Source: Mobula hypostoma
Lineage: Eukaryota
DNA length: 64,000 nt
Direction: 5' to 3'
Assembly (NCBI RefSeq): GCF_963921235.1
Contig: NC_086097.1
Location: 30,134,001 to 30,198,000 of the forward strand
Part shown: piece by piece, positions 1 to 13,533 of the stretch
Numbering within the stretch: position 1 is the first letter of the stretch
Layout of the letters: every line of letters begins with the position of its first letter
Made by a program: the position numbers and the translations under genes
Notes under the pieces: model-generated
What the model saw: only the letters and a program-made list of their open reading frames with translations
What the model was told of the DNA's origin: nothing
The model's database searches: none

Positions 1-2597
1 CTTTTGAATCAGTATGGGTGGAAATCAGGAACAGGAAGGGAGCAGTTACTCTATTGGGAGTATTCTATAGGCCCCCTGGTAGCAGCAGAGATACTGAGGA
101 GCAGCTTGGGAGGCAGATTTTGGAAAGCTGCAAAAATAACAGTGTTGTTATTATAGGTGACTTTAACTTCCCTAATATTGATTGGCACCTGATTAGTTCC
201 AAGGGTTTGGATGGGGCAGAGTTTGTTAAGTGTGTCCAGGACGGATTCCTGTCACAGTATGTTGACAGGCTGACTAAGGGGAATGCCATACTAGATCTAG
301 TATTAGGTAATGAACCGGGTCAGGTCCCAGATCTCTCAGTGGGTGAGCATCTGGGGGACAGTGACCACCGCTCCCTGGCCTTTAGCATTATCATGGAAAA
401 GGATAGAATCAGAGAGGACAGGAAAATTTTTAATTGGGGAAGGGCAAATTATGAGGCTATAAGGCTAGAACTTGCGGGTGTGAATTGGGATGATGTTTTT
501 GCAGGGAAATGTACTATGGACATGTGGTCGATGTTTGGGGATCTCTTGCAGGATGTTAGGGATAAATTTGTCCCGGTGAGGAAGATAAAGAACGGTACAG
601 TGAAGGAACCATGGGTGACAAGTGAGGTGGAAAATCTAGTCAGGTGGAAGAAGGCAGCATACATGAGGTTTAGGAAGCAAGGATCAGATGGATCTATTGA
701 GGAATATAGGGTAGCAAGAAAGAAGCTTAAGAAGGGACTGAGGAGAACAAGAAGGGGACATGAGAAGGCCTGGGCGAGTAGGGTGAAGGAAAACCTCAAG
801 GCATTCTTCAATTATGTGAAGAACAAAAGGATGACAGGAGTGAAGGTAGGACCCATTAGAGTTAAAGGTGGAAAGATGTGCCTGGAGGCTGTGGTAGTGA
901 GCGAGGTCCACAATGAATACATCTCTTTGGTATTCAACAATGAGAGGGAACTTGATGGCAGTGAGGACAATATGAGTGAGGTTGATGTTCTGGAGCATGT
1001 TGATATTAAGGGAGAGGAGATGTTGGAGTTGTTAAAATACATTAGGACGGATAAGTCCCCGGGGCCTGACGGAATATTCCCCAGCTGGTCCACGAGGCGA
1101 GGGAAGAGATTGCTGAGCCTCTGTCTAAGATCTTTATGTCCTCGTTGTCCACAGGAACGGTACCGGAGGTTGGGAGGGAAGCGAATGTTGCCCCTTTGTT
1201 CAAAAAAAGGTAGTAGGGATAGTCCGGGTAATTATAGACCAGTGAGCCTTAGGTCTGTGGTGGGAAAACTATTGGAAAAGATTCCTAGAGATAGGATCTG
1301 TGGGCATTTAGAGAATCATGGTCTGATCAGGGACAGTCAGCATGGCTTTGTGAAGGGTAGATCATGTCTAACAAGCCTGATAGAGTTCTTTGAGGAGGTG
1401 ACCAGGCATATAGATGAGGGTAGGGCAGTAGATGTGATCTACATGGATTTTACTAAGGCATTTGACAAGGTTCCACACGGTAGGCTTATTCAGGAAGTCA
1501 GAGGGCATGGGATCCAGGGAAGTTTGGCCAGGTGGATTCAGAATTGGCTTGCCTGCAGAAAGCAGAGGTCGTGGTGTAGGGAGTACATTTGGATTGGAGG
1601 GTTGTGACTAGTGGGGTCCCACAAGGATCGGTTCTGGGACCTCTACTTTTCGTGATTTTTATTAACCACTTGGATGTCGGGGTAGAAGGGTGGGTTGGCA
1701 AGTTTGCAGATGACACAAAGGTTGGTGGTGGTGTGGATAGTGTAGAGGATTATCGAAGATTGCAGAGAGACATTGATAGGATGCAGAAGTGGGCCGAGAA
1801 GTGGCAGATAGAGTTCAACCCGGAGAAGTGTGAGGTGGTACACTTTGGAAGGACAAACTCCAAGGCAGAGTACAAAGTAAATGGTAGGATACTTGGTAGT
1901 GTGGAGAAGCAGAGGGATCTGGGGTTACATGTCCATAAATCCCTGAAAGTTGCCTCACAGGTAGATAGGGTAGTTAAGAAAGCTTACGGGGTGTTAGCTT
2001 TCATAAGTCGAGGGTTAGAGTTTAAGAGTCGTGAGGTAATGATGCAGCTCTATAAAACTCTGGTTAGGCCACACTTGGAATACTGTGTCCAGTTCTGGTT
2101 GCCTCACTATAGGAAGGATGTGGAAGCATTGGAAAGGGTACAGAAGAGATTTACCAGGATGCTGCCTGGTTTAGAGAGTATGCATTATGATCAAAGATTA
2201 AGGGAGCTAGGGCTTTACTCTTTAGAGAGAAGGAGGATGAGAGGAGACATGATAGAGGTATACAAGATATTAAGAGGAATAGATAGAGTGGACAGCCAGT
2301 GCCTCTTCCCCAGGGCACCACTGCTCAACACAAGAGGACATGGCTTTAAGGAAAGGGGTGGGAAGTTGAAGAGAGATATTGGAGGAAGGTTTTTTACTCA
2401 GAGAGTGGTTGGTGTGTGGAATGCACTGCCTGAGTCAGTGGTGGAGGCAGATACACTAGCGAAATTTAAGAGACTACTAGACAGGTATATGGAGGAATTT
2501 AAGGTGGGGGGTTATACGGGAGGCAGGGTTTAAGGGTCAGCACAACATTGTGGGCTGAAGGGCCTGTGCTGTGCTGTACTATTCTATGTTCTATTCT
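1..2597 (+). mobile_element. CR1 LINE, ORF2 (APE endonuclease + RT) with frameshifts and complete 3' end
   Basis: YRPP, GDFN, LDLV and SDH endonuclease motifs; GVPQGSVLGP and FADD RT motifs; ends in a ttctatgttctatt tail. ORFs 18..1607 and 1589..2533 are offset by frameshifts. Confidence 0.95.
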
Positions 2598-2603
2598 CCA
2601 AAT

Positions 2604-3670
2604 CTAAGTACTTCTGTAGCCTACTTCCTCCAAAGTACCTGTCCCTCCACCTGTCTTCATATTATCTGCAAACTTTACAACAAAGGCATCAATTCCATCA
2701 ACTAAATCATTGACATATAATGCAAAAAGAAATGGTCCCAATACAGACCACTGTGGAACACCACTAGTCAGCAGCAGCCAACCTGTTAAAGCTCCCTTTA
2801 TTCCACCTCTGTGCCTCCTGCCAATCATCCACTGCTTTATCTGTGCTCGAACCTTTCCTGTAATACCATGGGCTCATAAGCTTGTTAAGCAGCCTCATGT
2901 GTGGCACCTTGTCAAAGGCCTTCTGAAAATCCAGGAACACAATATCAACTGATTCTTCGTCTATCCTGCTTGTTTCTTCAGAGAATCCAACAGATTAGAC
3001 AGGCAAGATTTTCCCTTCAGGAAATCATGTTTTCTATGGCCTATTTTACCATGTGCCTCCAAGACCTCATCCTCGATAATCGACTCCAACAGCTTCCCAA
3101 CCACTGAGGTCAGACTAATTGGCTTAGTTTCCTTTCTTCTGCCTCTCTCCCTTCTTGAAAAGTGGAGTGACATTTGCAATTTCCTAGTCTGCAGGAATAA
3201 TTCCAAAATCTGGTGATTCTTGAAAGATCATTACTAATGCCTCCACAATCTCTTCAGCCACCTCTTTCAGAACCCAGGGGTGTACACTATTTGGTCAGAC
3301 CTTTCAGTTTCCCAAGAACCTTCTCTCTAGTAATGGCTAACTTTACACACTTCATGATCCTTGACACCGGGAACTTCCACTATACTGTTAGTGACTTCCA
3401 CATGACCATACACTTCCCTACACTGTATTCCATCTGTCACTTTTGGCCACTTTCCTAATCTGTCATTTTTCAAATGACAGATAGTATGCCAACAGGCTTA
3501 TAGATTCCTTATTTTTTTTTCTTAAGCAGTGGAGTTGCAGTTTTCTCCTCCAGAATCCAGGGAATTTCGGAAGATAACAACCAATGTTTCTATTATTTCT
3601 GCTGCAACTTCCTTTAAGACCCTAAGGTGCAGGCCAACAAGTCTAGACGATTTGCTGGCCCCTAGCACTA
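2604..3670 (-). mobile_element. Degraded CR1 ORF2 fragments
   Basis: TSGVPQWSVLGP, KFADN and PISLTSVVGKLLES motifs on the minus strand. Confidence 0.8.
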
Positions 3671-6600
3671 CTAATTTACTTCATCCTTTTTACAATGGTA
3701 GAGATCATTTTATGTTCCTCTCACCCCTCACAATCTCATGCCCCCGATTATCTATTACTTCACTTGTTTTTAGATTCTTCCACTATAAGGGCTGAAGTGT
3801 GAAGTAAAAAAAAATAGACATTTTATTACATGGAAACAAGAGAATCCAAGTCAGGTAGAGGAGAAATGAGGTCAGGCTGTAAGACATTAACAAATGCAAA
3901 TCTTGTGTTTATTCCAGAGGGACATAATTTTGAAATTATGTTAGACTCATTATACATTTGCTTCATCTACATAGAGCTCTGTATGCAGTCTGGTTGCCAA
4001 ATAAAAGTCAAAATCAAAGTAAATTTATTATCAAAGTAGGCTTATGTCACCATATACTACCTTGAGATTCATTTTCTTGTAGGCATTCACAGTATAACTA
4101 AGAAAATGAAAAACTACACACAAATAAGGAGTGACTAGCAACCAATGTGCAAAACAGGACCGTTTGTTCAAATACAATAATAATAATTATGATGATAAAT
4201 AAGTAAATAAATAATACTGATACATGATTTGTAAAAGTCATTGAAAGTGAATCAGTTTAGAGTTGAACAAGGAGTGAAAAGGCTGAGAGGAACCATAAAA
4301 CCATAACACACAGGAGCAGAATTAGGCCATTTCGCCTACTGGGTCTGCTCCACCATTCAGTTATGGCTGATTTATTTTCCCTCTTTATCCCATTCTCCTG
4401 CTTTCTCCCCATAACATTTGACACCCTTATTAATCAAGAACCTATCAACTTTTGCTTCAAATATACCCAAAGGTTTGGCCTCCACAGCCATCCGTGGCAA
4501 AGAATTCCACAGATTCACCACCCTCTCGCCAACAAGATTGCCATGAATGGCAGGATGATCCATGGCTGGAACTCCCTGCTCTCTCCATCATTGATTACTG
4601 TAGGATGGTCTGTTCACAGTTTGGTTCTTGGGGGAGTGGTGGTGGAGTGTGGTTCAGAATATACCTGGAGCTTTGTTCCAGTCTGCCTCACTCAAAGAAC
4701 AGGCTCTCGAGACATAATTCCAGGCAACAATGCTATTCCATCAGAACCCACTTCCTCAGTCCCTACTAGACCACATCTACTCTGTATTTCCCAGTGAGAC
4801 ACCAGACACACGAACTTATTGCCCACACTGACAATTAGACTGTAGCCAGACGATACCTCAATCCCACACGTTGCTATCTCTAAGGCCATGTCAAATCCAC
4901 TCCCCATAGCTGAGGAATGTGCTCATTAAGCTGAGTGGATTGTGGAACAAGGGCAGAAGGAGAGGGGCTTTATAATTGGCTGACAAGCTCTGAGTTACGT
5001 CACCAGCCTTCTTCATTTGAGTTCCTCCAGCATTTTGTGTGTGTTGCTCAGGATTTCCAGCAAGATCTGAAGAATATCTTGTGTTTATATAAGTACCACA
5101 CCACCAGGTTCAGGAACAGTTACTTCTCTTCAACAATCTTGAACAAACTGGCGCAGCCCTGATCACTACAGTTTACCAACACTATAATCACCTTACAGTA
5201 AAATGGACTTTTGTTCTGCTTGAGTTTTCTTGTAAAAATTGTGTATCATTTATGCTTAATTTATGTTTTTCTGGTGAATGTTGCTTATCTGACGCTGTGT
5301 GTTTGTGATGCTGCTGTAAGTTTGTCATTACACTGTGCATCATACATGGACTTGAGCAAATGATAAATTTAACCTCGTGTTTGCTCTCATCTCATACTCA
5401 AAATTCCAACCAATACACACCCACTCCTAATTTCTCAGCCCCATTCCCAACTCAGTTCCCAATCTCTCAGCTTCAGTTCTAGCACCATTCTCCAACACTA
5501 TTACACTCCCCTCATAACCTCTACCCCACCTCTCCAGACACATGCCTGACAAGGATACATGACCTTAAGGGCACTTTGCTGAATTCTGATGCTAGATGAG
5601 AAGCCAGTTAGATGATTCTATTCCCAGCCTCCAAGGGGACCCAATGATCTTTAACCCCATAGCATACATCTGTAGACTCCATAGCAATTGTCCTACTACA
5701 GATTAATCACTCAATTCAGAAATCACTTGAGTCCAGAGTTTACTTTCTCCCTGCGGGGAAGCAGCGAATCACAAAGCACATTTAACTTTATTTCCTTGAA
5801 TTATTCAGTTAGATGGAAGCCAAGGTTTGCCTGACTGACACTCGTCCAAGGAGAAAGCCAGGACACAGTACTAGATCTACAGAGTGCAGTCCAGAAACTC
5901 CTTTCCACCCCTAGAATCACCGGCTTTTGCTGGGGTTATCTTCCCAGTGCTACCCAAAGAAAGGAGCACGACTGCACACCCCAAACCCTCCTCTTCTGAT
6001 GCCTAACTGTCCCAACTGGGTGGGAGGAGGGACTTACCACCATTACTGGAAGATTCAGATTCAGATTTAGCAGTTAGCACAACACTATTACAGCACCAGT
6101 ACAATTCCTGCCGCTGTTTGTAAGGAGTTTGTACATTCTTCTTATGACCATATCAGTTTCATCCAGTTGCTCTGGTTTTTCCCACATTCCAAAGTCATAC
6201 CAGTTAGTAGGTTAATTGGTCACATGAGTATAATTGGGTAGCTTGGGCTTGTTGAGCTAGAAGGACCTGTACTGTGCTGCATCTCCAAATAAAATAATCA
6301 ATCACATGTACTTTGAAACATACAGTGAAAAGCATCCTTGTTTTAACAACCAACCCACCCAAGGATGTGCTGGGGCACTCTGCAAGTGTCACCACACACT
6401 CTGGCCCAATGTAGCTCACCACCATGTTCAGCAGAACAACACAAGCAGTGACAATAATAAAACAAATTAACAACAGTGAAACAAGCCCAGTTCCCACCCT
6501 CTCCCTCACACACACAGACACCCTTCCATCCCCAGGACAGACAGCCTTGGACTGTTAGATTCACAGACGCTGAGCCTTCAACCTCCAGCCTATGTGGATG

Positions 6601-8089
6601 CGTGTGATGGTGTAATTTATAAGGAGATGGAGGATTATAGTTATGAGGCTAAACCATCATTGAAAGTCAGGCTGTTTAATCTGGAGCAAAGAAGACAGGG
6701 TGAAGATATAACCAAGTTGTGTAAAACGATGGGAAGCTCAGACATGGTGAAGCAATTTTCCTTTCCAGGAATGTCATTAACCCGGGGTTGGGAGACATAG
6801 AAAAGAGAAAAGAGGACAGGTAGTGAAGATTATAAAACCTAATGAGACTGCAGGGAAGTGCAACACCTACAGACTAGTACAGTGAGACATCTCTTTACTC
6901 TGCCTTTTCCTATCACTAAACATCAGCTCATTCAAAGCCAGGAGACTAGAGGCCTGTCTTGGAGGTAGAGGACTATACGTTCATGCAGGTAGGAGGGAGG
7001 AAAGGGATTTATTTTGCTGTTGCTGTTTTGTTGTTAATTGTGTTCTGTTTTGTTGTGTTTTGAGTTGTTTTGCTGAGCATTGTCGACATGCTATGTCAGA
7101 ATGCCAGAATGTGTGGTGATACTTCAGGACTGCCACTTGTAGGAGTGTTGGCTGTTAACACAAATTATGCATTTCACTGTGTGCCTTGATGTACACGTGA
7201 TAAATAAATAAACCTAACTATAACTCTGAACCTGAATATGGAATAACTGCTGTTGAATCAGTAGGAAGTTCTAGAAACGTTATTCCCCTCAACGTGTGAA
7301 GATGTAGAGAGGGAGGGGAGACTTGTTATCAAGTTCACTGCCTGAAGAGGTGGATGATGGTAGATGAACCCTCTTTGTAACTGGATGTGTTGTTAAAGAG
7401 TCATGCTCAGCAAGGCACCAAACGAGCACTGGGAAATGATCGCCTCAGTGAGGGCTTTTCTCACAATCGCCTGAATGGCTTCTCAGTTGTAAATTTCTAT
7501 AATATTAAGATCAGCACTGCCATCATCTTCGAAGGTTTCTCAACAGAGGCAAGTGATTTTGCTCCTGGGCACCATTTATGAACCAGTCACACGGGTGCTC
7601 GAGTCTACTTCAGTAATTTGTGTGCTGGCACTTTAATCCCTGCCCTCCCTCCCCTCTATTTCCCAAATAAGTCCAAATCCCAGCTATTCCACATGTAAGT
7701 AATCATTCCTATGCTGGGATGCTGGGAAGGAATCACAGCTACTATGTACAGCTGACACCCTCTAGGGAAGAGGAGAGTAGAGAGAGACAATCCCAGCTTT
7801 AACACCAGTAGACAACCTGATGGCGGGGCATTAGGGAGGTGGAGGGCCAGAGAGAAATAAGGGTAGAAACATTGGAAAATTCAGGAGCTCTCCACAAACA
7901 TAGGACATTTTCTAAATACAAGATCATCGGATCAGAGACTGGGATCTCAGCAGCCTAAACTGCAAAGAGGTTTGTTGAGTCATTAACCTCCACCTTGCCA
8001 GAGTCTGGACAAGAAAGAAAACATAATTCGCTAAAAACAAAATAGAACACTGACTTTTCTATTTTTGCTGAATTGAAAGTATCTCCCCT

Positions 8090-10905
8090 TCCTTGAGTTC
8101 TCCCATAGCCTCCATATTTCTCTCCCATTCCCTTCCGTCCACATCACCCTCTCCCATTCCCTCCCGTCTGCATCTCTCTCTCCCATTCCTCCCGTCTGCA
8201 TTTTTTTTCCATCCTTCTAACATCTCTCGTTCCCTCCCATCCGCATTTCTCTCTCTCGTTCCCTCCCGTCTGCATTTCTCTCTCTCGTTCCCTCCCATCT
8301 GCATCTCTCTCTCATTCCCTCCCGTCCGCATTTCTCTCTCATCCCCTCCCGTCCGCATCTCTCTCTCATTCCCTCCCATCTGCATCTCCCTCTCTTGCTG
8401 CCTCTATCCACATCTTTTTTCCATCCCTCTAACATCTCTTTCCCTCACACCCGCATCTCTCTCTCCCTTGTTCCCTCCCGTCCACAACTCTCTCTCTCGT
8501 TCCCTCCCATCTGCATCTCCCTCCCATCCGCATCTCCCTCCCTCAATCCCCCCGTCCGCATCTCCCTCCCTCATTCCCTCCCGTCCGCATCTCCCTCCCT
8601 CGTTCCCCCGTCCGCATCTCTCTCTCTCTCATTCCCTCCCGTCCGCATCTCTCTCTCGTTCTCTCCGTCTGCATCTCTCTCTCCCGTTCCCTCCTGTCCG
8701 CATCTCTCTCTCTCTCGTTCCCTCCCGTCCGCATCTCTCTCTCTCTCGTTCCCTCTCGTCCGCATCTCTCTCTCTCTCGTTCCCTCCCGTCCGCATCTCC
8801 CTCTTTCTCTCGTGCCCTCCAGTTCGCACCTCCCTCTGTCTCGTTCCCTCCCGTCCTCATCTCTCTCTCGTTCCATCCCGTCCGCATCTCTCCCTCTCGT
8901 TCCATCCCGTCCGCATCTCTCCCTCTCGTTCCATCCCGTCCGCATCTCTCTCTCTCTATCCCTCCCGTCCGCATCTCTCTCTCTCTCTCTTTCCATCCCG
9001 TCTGCATCTCTCTCTCTCTCTAGTTCCATCCCGTCCGCATCTCTCTCTCTCTCGTTCCCTCCCGTCCGCATCTCTCTCTCTCTCGTTCCCTCCCGTCCCC
9101 ATCTCTCTCTCCCTCTCGTTCCCTCCTGTCCACATCTCTCTCTTGTTCCCTCACGTCCGCATCTCCCTGTCCTGTTCCCTCCCGTCCGCATCTCCCTCTC
9201 CCGTTCTCTCCCGTCCGCAACTCCTTCTCCCGTCTGCAACTCTCTCTCTCGTTCCCTCCTGTCTGCATCTCCTTCTCCCTCTTGTTCCCTCCCATCTTCA
9301 TCTCTCTCTCTTGTTCCCACCTGTCATATCGCTCTCTCATTCCCTCCCGTCCGCAACTCCCTCTCCCGTTCCCTCCCATCCACATCTCCCTCTCTCGTTC
9401 CCTACTGTCCACATCTCACTCTCCCACTTGTTCCCTCCCGTCCTATCTCTCTCTCGTTCCCTCCTATCTTATCTCTCTTTCGTTCCCTCCCGTCCACGTC
9501 GCTCTCTCTCCCTCCTTCCCTCCTGTCCACATCTCTAATTCCCTCCATCCACACCTCTCTGTTACCTCTATCCACATCTTTCTCCCATCCCTCCAACATC
9601 TCTATCATTCTTTCCCGTACGCATCTGTCTCCCTCGATCCCCCCTTCCACATCTCTCCCCCTCGACACCACCACCTCTCTTTCTCTCACTCGTTTCCCTC
9701 CACCCTCCCTCTCCCTCGTTTCCCTCCTCACCTCTCTCTCATTTCCCTCCACACCTCTCTCTCTCTCTCTCGTTTCTCTCCTCACCTCTCTCTCTCTCTC
9801 TCTCGTTTCCCTCCTCACCTCTCTCTCTCTCTCGTTTCCCTCCTCACCTCTCTCTCTCTCTCGTTTCCCTCCACCTCTCTCTCTCTCTCGTTTCCCTCCA
9901 CCTCTCTCTCTCTCGTTTCCCTCCACCTCTCTCTCTATTTCCATCCACACCTCTCTCTCTCGTTTCCATCCACACCTCTCCCTCTCATTTGTCTCCACAC
10001 CTCTCTCTCTCTCTCATTTCCATCCACACCTCTCTCTCATTTCCATCCACACCTCTCTCTCATTTCAACATACAGTGTAGAATGGTACAGCACAGTACAG
10101 GCCCTTCGGCCCACATTATTGTGCTGAACCTCAAACCCTGCCTCCCACATAACCCCCACCTTAAATTCCTCCATATACCTATTTCCCTCCACACCTCTCT
10201 CTCTCTCGTTTCCCTCCACGTCGCTCTGTCTCGTTTCCCTCTACCTCTCTCTTCTTCCCCTACATTTCTCTCTCGTGCCCTCCAACCACATCACTCCTTC
10301 TCTCCCTCGTCCCCTCCATCCACATTTCTCTCTTGTTCCCACCACCCACGTCTCTCTCGTCCCCAACACCCACGTCTCTCTCTCTCGTCCCCTCCATCCA
10401 CGTTTCTTTCTCGTCCCCACCACCTATGTCTCTCTCTCTCTCGACTGCAACTCCCACTTCTCTCTTGTCCCTACCACCCACTTCTGTCTCTCACGTCCCC
10501 TCCATCCACGTCTCTCAGGTCCCCTCCATCCACGTCTCTCTCACGTCCCCTCCATCCACGTCTCTCTAATGTCCCCTCCATCCACGTCTCTCATGTCCTC
10601 TCCATCCTCGCCTCTCTCATTCCCTCCATCCTCGTCTCTCTCTCATTCCCTCCATCCATGTCTCTCTCACATTCCCTCCATCCACGTCTCTCACATTCCC
10701 ACCATCCACTTCTCTCATTCCCATCCTCGTCTCTCATTCCCTCCATCCATGTCTCTCTCACATTCCCTCCATCCACATCACACCCTCTCGTTCCCTCCTC
10801 CCTCTTTGTCGTTCCCTTCATACCCCTCTGTTTCTCGTTCCATTCATTCCACTCTCATTCTCTCCATATCCCCCTCTCGTTCTCTCCATCCCTCTCTCAC
10901 TCCGC
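8090..10905. repeat. Compound CT-rich (GA-rich in the transcript) minisatellite at the start of C14orf132 intron 1
   Basis: Units such as (ct)n-cgttccctcccgtccgcat, (ct)n-cgtttccctccac and cgtcccctccatccacgt(ct)n. It explains the many S/L/P-rich and R/E/G-rich pseudo-ORFs. Confidence 0.95.
10065..10180 (-). mobile_element. 5'-truncated CR1 3' end inserted in the minisatellite
   Basis: Reverse complement matches the 3' end of the CR1 at about 2480-2590 (RYMEEFKVG..., gggccgaagggcctgtactgtgctgtac). Confidence 0.85.
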
Positions 10906-10939
10906 GGTGATCTCCTTATACCTCCCGTCTCCTGCTTAC

Positions 10940-10966
10940 CTGCGCGGCCATGAAGGAGAGATCCAT
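10940..10966 (-). CDS. C14orf132: First coding exon of C14orf132 orthologue (MDLSFMAAQ), phase-0 donor; exon 2 not found in the window (presumably beyond position 1)
   Basis: Minus strand reads ATG GAT CTC TCC TTC ATG GCC GCG CAG|GTAAGC. This is identical to the recalled N-terminus of human C14orf132 (MDLSFMAAQ-LPMMGG...). It lies in a CpG island, downstream of and co-oriented with TUNAR as on human 14q32. Confidence 0.85.
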
Positions 10967-11214
10967 GCTGCCGACCGGTCAGCGGAGAGCGGCTGCTCCC
11001 CGCGGAACTTGGCGGCGACGGCCCTCCGACAAGCAGCCAGCTAGCACCCCGACCCCGCGCGCCGCCGCTCGTGCTCTTGCTCGTGCACGCGCCCTCGCGC
11101 CTGGCACCGCCCCTCCTGGGGTGAGGTGGGGGGGGGGGAAGACACACGCGCGCGCGAGCCCAGCGCTTTCCAGCCCACCACCAGTGTCGTCACGTGGCCC
11201 CGTCTGCCCCCTCT

Positions 11215-11256
11215 GTTGCCAGGGCAACGGTACCTAAGCAACGCTCTCTTAGCAAC
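11215..11256. promoter_or_regulatory. Three abutting 14-bp RFX X-box-like motifs
   Basis: GTTGCCAGGGCAAC (11215-28), GGTACCTAAGCAAC (11229-42) and GCTCTCTTAGCAAC (11243-56). All end in the RGCAAC half-site; the first is a near-perfect palindrome. Confidence 0.75.
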
Positions 11257-13533
11257 GCGGGGCCTGGACTGCAAACCGCTGCCTGCGGTAGAGGTTAGTG
11301 ATTTGGGCTGATTCTCGGGTGGCGGACGGATGCGAGCCGGCTGTTGTTGGGGAGTGGGAGGTTGTTCCCTGGCGCCGGGAGCAATCCCTCCCCGCGTTTC
11401 AACTGGGCTGCAAAAAGATCTATTGAGCTCGGGAGTGGAGGTTCAGCACAGGCACGATGGGCTGAATGGTTGTCTCTGCCTATGTTCTAGTCTGGAAGAG
11501 TCGAGTCCAGTCGTGTTTTCTGTCATATGTACGTGAATGCACAGGTGCAATAAAAATATACTTGCAGCGACATCACAGGCGTGCAGCATGGAGACATTGC
11601 ACATTGGTTGTTTATCAGTCTTTGTTTACGTTTAGGTTTTTTTGTTGTAAAATGCATTGTTTTTCTTTCTGTAAAAGCTTGAAAGAAATCAATCTCAAGG
11701 TAGTATGGTAACATATATGTACTCTGATAATAAATTCGCTTTGACTTTGTCTTTGACACAACATTCACAAGAAAAAATATAACTTTGGTTATCAGTCTTA
11801 TAATAGAAGAACGCCCCTTTAGAATAGAGATGAAGAGGAATTTCTTTATCCAGAGAGTGGTGAATCAGCCATGATTGTGGTGGAGAGCAGATTCACAGAA
11901 TATAGAACAGTCCAGCACAGAACAGATCTTTCCCACAAATTGTGCCAATCCAATTAAATTAGTAGTCAAATGGCTAACTAAACTAATACCCTCTGCCTGC
12001 ACAATGTTAATATCCTTGCATTTTGTTCACATTCATGTGCCTATCTAAACATCTCTTAAAAGTCTCAGAATCACCTTTAATATTATCAGCATATGTCGTG
12101 AAATTTGCTAACTTAGCAGTAGTACAATGCAATACATGATAATTGGATTGAATTGATTTTATTACTTACATCCTTCATATACTGTACATGAGTAAAAATC
12201 TTTACGTTACATCTCTGACTAAATGTGCAACTTATAGTAATTTATAATAAGTATTATGCACAACAGGATAGTCAATATAACATAGAAATACAGTTGTGTC
12301 TGCATGAATTAATCAGTCTGATGGCCTGGTGGAAGAAGCTGTCCCGGAGCCTGTTGGTCCTGGGTTTTATGCTGCGGTACCGTGTACCGGAGGTAGCAGC
12401 TGGAACAGTTTGTGGTTGGGATGACTTGGGTCCCCAGTGATCCTTCAGGCACTTTTTACATACCTATCTGGAATATAGAAAAAAAAGTAAATCAATTGCA
12501 TTAAGTAGATACATGTATATTAAATAGTTAAATTAAAAATAGTACAAAAACAGAAATAATAAAAAAGTGAAGTAGTGTTCATGGGTTCAATGTCCATTTA
12601 GGAGTCGGATGTATTTGCCTCTTCCACCATCTCAGGTCGTGCATTCCAGGCACCCACTATTCTCTCTTAAAAACAAACTGCTCTTCAGATCTGCTTTGAA
12701 ATTACCCCCTCTCACCTTAAATGCTTGCCCTATTGTATTAAATATTTCAATCCAGGGCAAAAGAAAATCTGTCTGACTCCGCTATCTATGCCTCTCATAG
12801 TCTTATAAACCTCTGCAAAAGGTCTTTTAAGAGACTCTTAGATAGTACAGAGAGTTTAGTACATAGAGGTCTATGCAGTAGGGAAATTCTAGGCAGTTTC
12901 TAGAGTAGTTTACATAGTTGGCACAACTTTGGGGGCCGAAGGGACTGTTATGTCCTGTAGATTTCTATGTTTCTATCAGATCTTCCCTCAGCCTTCACTG
13001 CTCCAGAGAAAACAACTCAAGTTTGTCCAGCATCTCGTTATAACATGTGCTCTCTAATCCGGACAGCATCCTGGTAAACTTCTGCACTTTCTCCAAAGCC
13101 TCAACATCCTTCTTATAATGGGATAATCAGAACTCTAGTTAGTCTGCATCTGGAATATTGTATGCAATACTCCAGATGTGGTCTAACTATAGTTTCATAA
13201 AGACACAACGTAACTTCCCGACTTTTGAAGGTCACAGCTAATAAAGGTGAGCATGCCGTATGTCTGCTTAACCACCCTATCAACCTGTGTAGCCACTTTT
13301 AGGGAGCTATGAACTTGGTACCCAAGATCCCTCAGCTTCTCAAGTGTACTGTCTCTTTATATTTGGCCTACCAAATTGCAACACTTCACATTTGGAAGGT
13401 TTAAACTCCGTCTGCCATTTCTCCGCCCACATCTGCAATTGATCTATCTACCACTGTATTCTTTGCCAGTCTTCTACACTATCTGCAACACTACCAATCT
13501 TCGTATCATTTGCAAACTGATCCCACCCATCTA

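Larger units (their letters stand above)
10900..11450. promoter_or_regulatory. CpG island / promoter of C14orf132 with GC box, E-box (GTCACGTGG 11189-11197) and three X-boxes
   Basis: Sharp rise in GC and CpG density (gcgcgccgccgc, cacgcgcgcgcgagc) against a CpG-depleted background; surrounds the ATG exon. Confidence 0.85.

Noticed and set aside
4692..4907. 71-aa minus-strand ORF as C14orf132 exon 2
   Set aside because: No resemblance to the expected MDSPNEDF...LLWIAIIAT sequence. The acceptor-like site near 7763 also failed.
8059..11044. Long ORFs (481, 561, 351, 281 aa etc.) rich in S/L/P or R/E/G
   Set aside because: Artefacts of a stop-poor CT/GA minisatellite; open in several frames on both strands.
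11440..11460. REST/RE1 site (TTCAGCAC) near the promoter
   Set aside because: Only the left half-site is present, and the context resembles a decayed CR1 3' tail.
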